From positions 1 through 64,000 of IMG/VR virus record IMGVR_UViG_3300034417_000014: a DNA stretch of 64,000 nucleotides; one strand, 5' to 3'. Shown here in pieces: positions 52,801 through 61,118 of this stretch. The DNA comes from a virus. Position 1 is the first letter of the stretch. Each line of letters begins with the position of its first letter. The notes beneath the pieces were generated by a model that worked only from the letters and a program-made list of their open reading frames with translations, was not told the DNA's origin and made no database searches. Made by a program: the position numbers and the translations under genes.

Positions 52801-55800
52801 TCGTGTGTTAATTCCTCTCCTGCTTGAGACAAGTTAATATATGTTGTTTTAAACGCCCAATCAATATCCTGCTGTTCAGAAAACGCATATGTTACCATTG
52901 CAAAGAACATGTTGTTTTTATAAACAATGTAATCGTTTATAAAAATTCGTCCACTCAACGCATCTAAGATTTCTCTAATTTCTAAATTTAACGCCATGTT
53001 GTAAGTGACTGTATAAATTGTAGATTTTAATTGCATTGCAGTTTTTTCTCTGCGAACAATAATAAACACGTTGTTTGCCATATCATAAGAGTAGTATGTT
53101 GAATTGTCTAACACATACACTTTTACTATGCCACCTTGTCCAAGATACTCTTTATCTGCAGAAGACAAATCGGACAATGACTCAACTTCCATTAACGGAA
53201 CTGTGTTAGTTTCATTATACCCAACTTCGAACCAGTCAACATATTCCCAGTAATCGTTAGTTGGCAAGTCTGCATTCCACAGTGGATCTATATCTTTAAG
53301 CTGTATAGAAATAAGATGAGAGTTTGCATTTTGAACAAACACTTTTCTTGCCATAGTGATATCTTCAAACCAAGTCTGTCTTGGACGTACACGGTTTCCA
53401 TATTTTTCAAATACAGACAGTTTTGGATCTGGAACAATTCTTCCCATCGAATCAAACCCAACTAAGCTATCAGTCATCTTAGCCCAGTATCTATCTGGAA
53501 TCAAAGACGATGCTTTGTTTTTGGAAATCAACTTCCACTCAACATGTTTTGGATTTTGATTTTTAGTAAATCTGTAATTAATTTGTATTACACTATCCAA
53601 GCTAGAAATGAACACATTTAAATTGTTAAAAATGTATTCATATTCATTAATAAAGCTGAACCACACATACCCGTTGCTTCTTGGATTGCTAATTAATCTA
53701 GAAACACTTAGCGCAGACATACTTCTGTGATTCAAGAATTGAGGCACAGTTGTTTTGTCTCTTACCCAGAAGAAGTACACAGACTTAACGCTGTTGTAAA
53801 ACGCATCATATGCAGAACGCACAACATAGTCAGTTGTGTTCTTCGGTGTTCCAGTTCCAGTATATTGTTCTGGAGGAACATCACTTGCTACCCATTCGTA
53901 AATCACAACTTCGGAACCCGGGAATAGTCTTCCCCAGTTTCCCATCATGTACGCGTCTGTCCCTTGCTCGTAATACAAGTATTTTGCTTTAGATGTATCC
54001 CACCACAAATGCCCGACTTCTCTGCTGTCGAAAGAATTACTGTCGTCTAGCATTGTTGGATCAGCTGCAACACTGTAGCGAGTTGGATCCATATCATTTT
54101 TATAAGTTAAATTCTTATCTGCGATGCCTGGGATGAACCCTTTGAACGGGTCATACACTGGGACGTCAATGATTGTTTTTCCTGTGTCTCTAGAGTAGAC
54201 GTGCATAATGTCAAACAGTTCGGAATCTACTAGTGGGCCTTCCTTTCTTGCAGGTGTTGTATAATTTCCACTTGCATACACTGCCCATCCTGCACCAGCG
54301 TTATCAACCCATGCTTTTGGTTCTCCGCTAGCTTGTGCGTCAGCGAGAGTTGAGAATCTAACATTTTTAAACACATACGCTTCCACTGCTATTAACGGTA
54401 TTACGTCAACAACTTTTCCATCAGCATCTTTTAATTCAGTAACATCTGAAATCGTTGCTGCATTTGTCGGAGTGTATGTGTATATGTCGTCGTTAAGAAC
54501 AACGTAGCCAGGCAATTGATTTTGCGCAAGACTTCCAGTGAACAGTTTTAATACAGACCATTCTCGGTTAATATAATTTGCATTTGCAACCCACACATAG
54601 TCACCGGCAGTTGGAATTTCTTTTTGTGTGTCTGCCCACAACGCTGGGAGTTTTGCAATGTCGTATGTTGTGAAGTCAATGTCGTCTAAATGAACATATC
54701 CTGCATTTTTTACAACAGTGTCAACTTTGCTAAGTGTTGTTAAAGGAACAAAATTAAGATATGATTTTTCAAATGGACGTGAAAGCCAACGGATGTTATC
54801 GTCAATATCAATAACAATCTTCTCATCTGTAGGATCATCAACTGTAATTTCATTTTTAGTAACTAGCAATGCAGTGTCTAACGATTCTGTTCCGTCAGCT
54901 TTAAAAATTGTAATGGTTGGCGTTTGCCCATATCCATTACCGGGGTTAGTTATCTTAATTGCAGTTAATTTGTTTTCAGTTAACACTAAGTCTGCTGTTG
55001 CAGCAGTCGTAAATGTGTCTCCCGAAACAGGTGTAATTTCTGCGTATGGTTTGCCAGAATAAACTTCAGTAGCATTTGTGATAATTGCTTCTGACACAAA
55101 TTTAGTATGTGATGGACCTTCTGGGAACACCAGTTGCACTAGTTGTGGATCTTGTTTTAATTCCGATCCGGAAATGCCAAACTCAATATAAGTATGGTCG
55201 TTTACAGATCCATATTCCCCTACTCTGAACGCCCACTCTTCATAAATTTCAGTGTTCTCATTTCCTTTAATAAATGTTGAACGCAACAATTTATCAATTG
55301 GCTGCACTGTTCCTTTTTCTGGAAGCATGCCTTTATAGAACGAGTACTGTGTGTCGCCTAGCAATTGCAAGTTATCGAGATAATCTCTGTTTTGATAACC
55401 AATCAAGTGCCGTGCTGTGTCTTCCATTTGTGGGTTATCAAGAGATACTTCACTGTTATAATAATCTCTAATTGAGTCAGTTAAGTTTTCAAAGTTAGGA
55501 ATTAATTTATTTCCAGAAATAATATACCCATTGGCTTCTAATTTACCAAACCAATTTCTAGATCTTAGCCCAATAACTTTTAGTCTCTTCTGTCTGTCCA
55601 TTAAAACAGGATCATACATAGTATCGTTAAACACTGTAGTATTATCAAATACGAAGATGTTTTCTGTTTCCTTTGTTGTAATTCTCAAGCAGTATACACC
55701 AACACTTTCAACTTTGCTACGGATAGATATAGTTTGGTCATCTCTAACAACATCAACATCTTTGGGAGATATCGAGTACCCGTATTGGTCAAGTATGTTG

Positions 55801-58800
55801 TATACACCAGTTTCAAACTTCTCAATACTAGTTGGGTATCCTTGAGATACTGTTAACGTAACATTGTCTGCAATCGGGCTAATACAAATAGTATTATTTG
55901 TTGACCAAGAAGTAGTAGTCCAAAATGCAAAATCTTTTCCTGCATTTTTCCAATCTTTAATTACATTAGTGTCGCCGTCAACTTGTGTAAAATCCCAACC
56001 TTCACTTTTCAAATAATCGCCGTAACTGATTAAGAAGTCAAACACTGCTTGCACACTATCAAATTTTGTGCCATATTCTACTGTGGTTACATTCTTAACA
56101 CCTTTAGTGCGGTATTGTAAATTATGTCCGCCGATGGATGGTAATGCTGACAGTTTTTTCCATTTACCTTCGCTAAATTTACTTACTGTTTGCACAGCAA
56201 GCGATTGATAAAATTGCGTGTTGTATTGAACAATGTCGCCGTCGTTATACGAAGCAGACGAACTATAAGGTCTGAAATTTGCATTTGTTCCACCAACAGA
56301 TAATGCAGTTGCTGGACTGTTGATGTCTCTTTCCAATATTTTGAAATATGGAGTCAGCACATCGTAGCCATACACTTCATACTTTGCATCTTCTGTTATT
56401 CTAACAACCACACCACTATACACATACTCTTTTAATGGCAAGCCAGTGTGTATTTTTGTATCAATGTTTTCAATTGGAACAATTAACCCAGTGTTTGTAG
56501 AACCTGTTGAGGTACCTTCAAAGAAGAATTGAATAGTGTCAACGTTTGTGAACCCAGCGTAACGATGTCCTAATTTTACAGTTAAGTTTCTTAAATAATT
56601 TGCAAAATCAACAGTTACATCTTGCCCAAGGAATAACAACCTGTCAGTGATGAACCGTTGGTATCCATGATTAATAACTTTTACTCCGTCAATAGTTTCG
56701 CCATGCACAGTCAACTCACTGTTAGATGATCTAGTGTATGTTGGAGAACTAATAAGTTGAGATGGATTAATTTCTGCTTGTTGTAAAGCATACGGATCCC
56801 AGCACTTTTCAGCAAACTGCGACGGACGCATTACGTGCATTTTTTCCATTATCACATAGCGATATTCAGAACTGTTCATCCAGGATTCTTCAACAGGGCT
56901 GTTATCACCAAACACCCAGTCTGCTCCGCGGTCAATTTCTGCCGGTAACACTACAATCCCAATAGTAGAAGGCTCTTTATTTGCTCCACCTGCATCAACT
57001 GGAATGTACGCTGTTAAGCCTGGTCTAACGAAGTGCCAGTTAATTCCAGCTCGATTACCCTGACGTATTAATCCTGCTTCTAAATCCGCCCACAATTTTG
57101 CATTGGTGCTGCCGTAGCTGCTGCCATATTCTTCTACCCACCAAGTTGGCTCTTCAGTAAAACCCAACATCTCCCAAGGTGTTAAACCTGGAGTAATAGT
57201 GTCGTAAAAATATTTATAAATGCCTTTCCAGTTGCCTGGCAAATCTTCATTTGCTGGACGGTAATTCCATGTCATCCAATTATCAGGATCATAACTTAAA
57301 TTAGTGGCGTAGTTTGCATTAATTTTTGTAACCCAACGCAAGAATGAAGAACGGAAAATATCGTTCGTCTCTGCCAAAGTAAACCCTGTGTCCCTAGCAT
57401 AGCCTGGGATTAGATCTGCCCAGCCGTGTAAGAAGTTGTAATCCACACGGAATTTTTCAACTAAGTTATTGTAAATTCTAATTTCAAAATCTAATAAAAT
57501 AGTATCTCGTAAATCAACATTCTCTGGACCTAAGGTTCCTGACATAACGCCATCCATGATGTCCTTCGGAGTGTAAATTGGCGTACGGGATCCGTCGTGG
57601 CCTACAATCACGTATGTTGGTGTAACGTATGTGCTGTCTAACAACATTTTAGGAACGCTCACTCCGTGACAGCCAATTTTTGTTGGCGTTGAAGGTATTG
57701 CAGCAGACAATGTGTCTTCGTAAAGTCGAACCACATAGTGACCTGGTGTAACAGCATAGTCTTGAATCTGTATAGTTATTGGGTTGCCTGGGTCAACAGT
57801 ATATTCTGAATCTAATTTCAGCAACATATCTTTGCCGTTCTCGACATAAAACACCAAAACACTATTTTTAAAATCAGCCAAATCTACATAGTTAGACAGT
57901 GTAAATTTTCCATCTAAAGTTGAGGATGATGCAAAAGTTTCTTCTTTAAATGAGTTTCCCCAAGCAAGCATATACGACATTGTAAATGCGCCGAAATACT
58001 CAGTTGTATTGTTAATTCTCTTAATGATCTCATTAAAAGTCTGATCTAAATGCAATGTGTTGATTTGTAATGCAGGCTTATAATGTTCTTTAGATAATTG
58101 ACCTGCAATTTTTACTAACTTATCTTTAAAGCGAGTGTACTCTGTAGAAGAGAAAGTTAGGGCCGACACTAAGTTAATGTTATTTGCAGATGCAAAAAAC
58201 ATAGACTTTAGCATTGGGTTTTCAGTTTGAAGAATGTATTCTCCTAAAGAAATGTCCCTTGCAGTATCACGGTAATTGTTTTTAGAACTAAGTGCGTCAC
58301 CTGTAAACCCAACTTGGTTTTCCATTATGCTAACAAAGTGGTTTGTTAATTCGTTTGCGCTATAAGTGTACACTTCCTCATTGTTAGGATTGTTTTCCAA
58401 TTGTTTTGGAATTTCGTAATATCCAGGTGCCGCTGGATCTAACAAATCTTTAGAATATGTTCTTACCTCTAACACGTCGTTCACTTGAAGTGTTTTATTT
58501 AAAGTAATCTCTCTTCCGTCAATATTAAAATCTGTGCCTTCATCTTTACTTATACCGTTCACAACAACGATAACGTCATTTCCAGATTCTAAAGTGTATT
58601 GCGGAGTAACACTCAGTGTAAATAGTTGAGGCAATGCTGCATCAACTATTACAAATCTATCAATTACTCTTTGTTTAGATACTGTTTTAGACACAATCCA
58701 TGACGTGTCATAAGTTGTACTTATTACGTCATTTGTCACCATGTCTATATTGGATTTTTTATAGTAATAGTATCCTGGGATTTCAACAAATTCTGCGCCG

Positions 58801-61118
58801 TTGTTATAGTTGTATCTATCTGTAGTTAAATTATTTTCGAAAACAATATCAGCAATTTGCCCGAGGTTTTTGTATTCGATTGGGAATCCAAGGATAGGGT
58901 CGTTGCCTGTCTCAGTTCCTATTTTGTAAGAGAATATTTTAGATCCTCTAAAATTGCTTTGCTCAAAATCAGATAAGTCTCTTGGCAAGCCATCTTTCAA
59001 ATTTGTATAGTACAAGTTAAACAGTGGCGGCTGATTGATAGAAGTCTTAAGGTTTGTAGATTCTACCCATCGAGTTTCATTAAAATAGAAGTTTGTGTTT
59101 TTGTAAACATCGCCCTCAGTGACAAAAACAATGTCCCCATTTAAAGCAGGAGTGTTAATGTTTTCATAAGGCAGCAAATATGAAATGCCATCTTCTACTA
59201 CAACTTTCCAAATATACTCTTCAACAGTTAATGTTATAGGAGTAGGCTGACTAACATACAACCTAAAAGTGCTATTGGTTGGGATTGCATACGCAGTAGT
59301 AATAACAATGCTTTGTGCAGTAATAGTTATTCCAGAAATAATACCAGTTAAGTCTGGGTCAGCAAAGTCATAGTCATATGAATCACCAGAGTGAATTACT
59401 GTTGGCGTAGTTGCATCTGCATGGTCAGCAGAGTAATTTGGACTTGAAGTAGTGAGGTCAGTAGTGTCTATGTTTCCAGGTGTAAAGTTTTTAATATTCA
59501 CACTGATTAAATTTGCCATAGTTAAACCAGACTGATTACTAAACGAAAAACGTCTGTTGTTGTTTAACGTTGAGTTTGGAACAAGGCTTCTTATTCCGCC
59601 ATTTACATGTACGTCAACAGTGTCCATTTCAGCAGCGGAATGGTATTGCGAATCTAACAACCCGGACACATCGTCAGATGTTCCGTATTTTTCCTCGTCA
59701 TCTAAGATAGTAGTTTCATAAACGTTGCTCAGGCCTGGTGTCCTAACTGTAAAGTCTATAGTGTTGCTCTCATCAGACACGCTGTACCATTGTGGGTTAT
59801 AAAAGAATTTTACTCCACCTGGTAAAGCACATGGTCTTTTTACAATTGCAAAAAGTTGCATCTCATCTGAGATTGGAATCATACCCAGATCAGACGCAAG
59901 CCGATGTGTGTATGGCGGCGCAATTGGGTTGTAAGTACATTTGTTTGAAAAAGTGTGATGCGTATCTTCAGTTAAGAAAATCATCTTTTTCCCATCAGTA
60001 AGGGGAACGCCATCAACTGATAGTGGCAGTGGCTTGGCTTGCAACAAGTCAAACGGCACAATGCTTGCAATGTTAACTTCGCCGCGAGATCTTGTCCCAA
60101 AGTCGAACAATTCTAAATCTCTAATGAACTCAATTATAGGACGTCTTGCTTGTATTGAGTTAGTTAGCAAAGTTGTACTATTTAAAATTTGAGAAGTTGT
60201 TGCAACAACATCTTTGTGATACCACTTGTTAGATCTCGACCATTGGTTTCCATCTACACTTCCTCTTTGGATAGTGATATAGTCTGGATTTGATGTTGCA
60301 AAAGGATCGTCAATTAACACAATTGCTGACCCAACACCACTTACAACTAGAACTTTGTTATAAGAACTGGAGTTGGAAAATTTTATTCTCATTCCATCAG
60401 CTAACTTAATTGTGCCAGCAGTGTACTGTTGTTTTCCTATAATGTCGCTGTCTACAATAATGTCAGTTATATCTGGAATTGTAACTACCGGTATATCCTC
60501 AACTAACATTATTCCTGTGCCGACGCCCTCAACAACATATTCTTGAGTGTGTGTTGCGGAGCCGGAAAAAGATACACGTAACCCATTTGTAAAAACTAAA
60601 GGGTTGCCACTTGGCATCATGTAACTGTAATGTAGCTGATTTAGAATAAGAGTCTGTATATCGCCATCTGTTACATTCGGCAAGTCAATTGCTGGGAAAT
60701 CGCTAATCCACATATACGCTTGGAAGTTGGTGAATTTATCATAGTCGATAGGAGGAGCAAAGGAATAATATTTTCCCTTAAACAGACGATCGTGATTTAA
60801 AGTATTTCCTTGAAGGAAATTAATCTCGTTAATTAGTTCCTCGTAAAACACTTCGTTCGAATTAGACAGTGTTGCATTGTCTGTGGATACAGCTATCGGC
60901 TCAAGCTGATACCATGTTCTCTCTTTTGTTGGTTGTGAAAGAAAATAATCATTTATTGCATCATAAAATCCGGAAACCCTTCTTCCGACATAGCCAGTTT
61001 CTTTCTGGCTATCTTTTGCGGAAAATAATTGTTCAAATGTGGAATCGAAAAACTGTCTTTCAACTTCTGTTTGGAAGATACTTGGCAGTTTCTTAAAAAT
61101 TTTATTTTTTTCGCTCAT
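49818..61118 (-). CDS. Giant (3766 aa) virion structural/baseplate protein
   Basis: Uninterrupted ORF in the tail module; GDG..F repeats, GWD..WD motifs, CBM-like YNDGDIVQY segment. Confidence 0.8.
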   Translation of the reverse strand: MSEKNKIFKKLPSIFQTEVERQFFDSTFEQLFSAKDSQKETGYVGRRVSGFYDAINDYFLSQPTKERTWYQLEPIAVSTDNATLSNSNEVFYEELINEINFLQGNTLNHDRLFKGKYYSFAPPIDYDKFTNFQAYMWISDFPAIDLPNVTDGDIQTLILNQLHYSYMMPSGNPLVFTNGLRVSFSGSATHTQEYVVEGVGTGIMLVEDIPVVTIPDITDIIVDSDIIGKQQYTAGTIKLADGMRIKFSNSSSYNKVLVVSGVGSAIVLIDDPFATSNPDYITIQRGSVDGNQWSRSNKWYHKDVVATTSQILNSTTLLTNSIQARRPIIEFIRDLELFDFGTRSRGEVNIASIVPFDLLQAKPLPLSVDGVPLTDGKKMIFLTEDTHHTFSNKCTYNPIAPPYTHRLASDLGMIPISDEMQLFAIVKRPCALPGGVKFFYNPQWYSVSDESNTIDFTVRTPGLSNVYETTILDDEEKYGTSDDVSGLLDSQYHSAAEMDTVDVHVNGGIRSLVPNSTLNNNRRFSFSNQSGLTMANLISVNIKNFTPGNIDTTDLTTSSPNYSADHADATTPTVIHSGDSYDYDFADPDLTGIISGITITAQSIVITTAYAIPTNSTFRLYVSQPTPITLTVEEYIWKVVVEDGISYLLPYENINTPALNGDIVFVTEGDVYKNTNFYFNETRWVESTNLKTSINQPPLFNLYYTNLKDGLPRDLSDFEQSNFRGSKIFSYKIGTETGNDPILGFPIEYKNLGQIADIVFENNLTTDRYNYNNGAEFVEIPGYYYYKKSNIDMVTNDVISTTYDTSWIVSKTVSKQRVIDRFVIVDAALPQLFTLSVTPQYTLESGNDVIVVVNGISKDEGTDFNIDGREITLNKTLQVNDVLEVRTYSKDLLDPAAPGYYEIPKQLENNPNNEEVYTYSANELTNHFVSIMENQVGFTGDALSSKNNYRDTARDISLGEYILQTENPMLKSMFFASANNINLVSALTFSSTEYTRFKDKLVKIAGQLSKEHYKPALQINTLHLDQTFNEIIKRINNTTEYFGAFTMSYMLAWGNSFKEETFASSSTLDGKFTLSNYVDLADFKNSVLVFYVENGKDMLLKLDSEYTVDPGNPITIQIQDYAVTPGHYVVRLYEDTLSAAIPSTPTKIGCHGVSVPKMLLDSTYVTPTYVIVGHDGSRTPIYTPKDIMDGVMSGTLGPENVDLRDTILLDFEIRIYNNLVEKFRVDYNFLHGWADLIPGYARDTGFTLAETNDIFRSSFLRWVTKINANYATNLSYDPDNWMTWNYRPANEDLPGNWKGIYKYFYDTITPGLTPWEMLGFTEEPTWWVEEYGSSYGSTNAKLWADLEAGLIRQGNRAGINWHFVRPGLTAYIPVDAGGANKEPSTIGIVVLPAEIDRGADWVFGDNSPVEESWMNSSEYRYVIMEKMHVMRPSQFAEKCWDPYALQQAEINPSQLISSPTYTRSSNSELTVHGETIDGVKVINHGYQRFITDRLLFLGQDVTVDFANYLRNLTVKLGHRYAGFTNVDTIQFFFEGTSTGSTNTGLIVPIENIDTKIHTGLPLKEYVYSGVVVRITEDAKYEVYGYDVLTPYFKILERDINSPATALSVGGTNANFRPYSSSASYNDGDIVQYNTQFYQSLAVQTVSKFSEGKWKKLSALPSIGGHNLQYRTKGVKNVTTVEYGTKFDSVQAVFDFLISYGDYLKSEGWDFTQVDGDTNVIKDWKNAGKDFAFWTTTSWSTNNTICISPIADNVTLTVSQGYPTSIEKFETGVYNILDQYGYSISPKDVDVVRDDQTISIRSKVESVGVYCLRITTKETENIFVFDNTTVFNDTMYDPVLMDRQKRLKVIGLRSRNWFGKLEANGYIISGNKLIPNFENLTDSIRDYYNSEVSLDNPQMEDTARHLIGYQNRDYLDNLQLLGDTQYSFYKGMLPEKGTVQPIDKLLRSTFIKGNENTEIYEEWAFRVGEYGSVNDHTYIEFGISGSELKQDPQLVQLVFPEGPSHTKFVSEAIITNATEVYSGKPYAEITPVSGDTFTTAATADLVLTENKLTAIKITNPGNGYGQTPTITIFKADGTESLDTALLVTKNEITVDDPTDEKIVIDIDDNIRWLSRPFEKSYLNFVPLTTLSKVDTVVKNAGYVHLDDIDFTTYDIAKLPALWADTQKEIPTAGDYVWVANANYINREWSVLKLFTGSLAQNQLPGYVVLNDDIYTYTPTNAATISDVTELKDADGKVVDVIPLIAVEAYVFKNVRFSTLADAQASGEPKAWVDNAGAGWAVYASGNYTTPARKEGPLVDSELFDIMHVYSRDTGKTIIDVPVYDPFKGFIPGIADKNLTYKNDMDPTRYSVAADPTMLDDSNSFDSREVGHLWWDTSKAKYLYYEQGTDAYMMGNWGRLFPGSEVVIYEWVASDVPPEQYTGTGTPKNTTDYVVRSAYDAFYNSVKSVYFFWVRDKTTVPQFLNHRSMSALSVSRLISNPRSNGYVWFSFINEYEYIFNNLNVFISSLDSVIQINYRFTKNQNPKHVEWKLISKNKASSLIPDRYWAKMTDSLVGFDSMGRIVPDPKLSVFEKYGNRVRPRQTWFEDITMARKVFVQNANSHLISIQLKDIDPLWNADLPTNDYWEYVDWFEVGYNETNTVPLMEVESLSDLSSADKEYLGQGGIVKVYVLDNSTYYSYDMANNVFIIVRREKTAMQLKSTIYTVTYNMALNLEIREILDALSGRIFINDYIVYKNNMFFAMVTYAFSEQQDIDWAFKTTYINLSQAGEELTHDRNYSPDSFGDFISYVNEVKPYQTKIRDYSVSYSLPIDYATGTAWDMDSLAYTTDSDGYTHAVLNPAYPPKDVPRYYSTYVIRDSVQPGFVDKSMFVYFGDETKSGDGVNNSFVFDDITSVWKAYVNGRLLDRDEYYTDEDATTGKLIVIFDVIPPFGSNNITVVSGVNFTHTALEEMRLQYNSTGQRFTSVNMKITNPADIKVVNYDIDLAHTGTPKTGWGGSPWDTYGWNVPGVSIISDPEKVTQFTVYSGAANSYLHIRTDLTTNLLSFAPTGNTINYSSYATVQGINSATVAELADLQTFNYEYSVEYNAMFGGKIIDAERFEYLSSIGWDTEPWSSAGWDRRIVTPRIVTSVGPETILDFTNIANGETSTYRFNDVIEVDSATINGAAVSTTTSVRPGYTYVTLATTPAYGNTVLIKYHYTTDHNFEVQLENDVLDGSVFVPTPSDIGMTDELAVYRTSENVVVTVDTNGRKINESFFGDGVKFEFVLVQNLGQGVSLDHVTVDGVVIPQKDATGTTQWILNVSADGKYVLSFVEVPVDDSTIVVSYRIGALRQYYGADDARHYDGNTTNQVVFVDGKPIAVVDDEAGWDGEEWDNYTGMDDNDVGLIFPYYSGTPEEHKSKYLLPSSLSDVRIYVVNDTTTGVSNFIFQNKDTGTGGDYVVTPTLTYLAAQTNPSYERTSLKNRYRGYMQGFYPKTPMATQDSFVGDGSETTFLTTVAIVPDSIISIFVNGKLTTYTFGVEYTLAVYPNKTTAIVLATPLGAGQTMDVNYDTPEFTKIFNNSNMVIFNAQHHMQVQDSDPNMSQKILVEYELSPVSFKMHLTEQDTKTFTRIGDEDSTYLFLKLEEDSQEICVEDASLLPKPTMGHPGVVWIGGERITYVAIQYDASVIRYETNPTDPTQEIPVEYTKDILKGVLRHTGGTSIAATRNPNGTANTTYPIGKKVTSGDNLQFVPNADVPFWENSIGGLAMSTTQQAEFLRDRPGTGVNV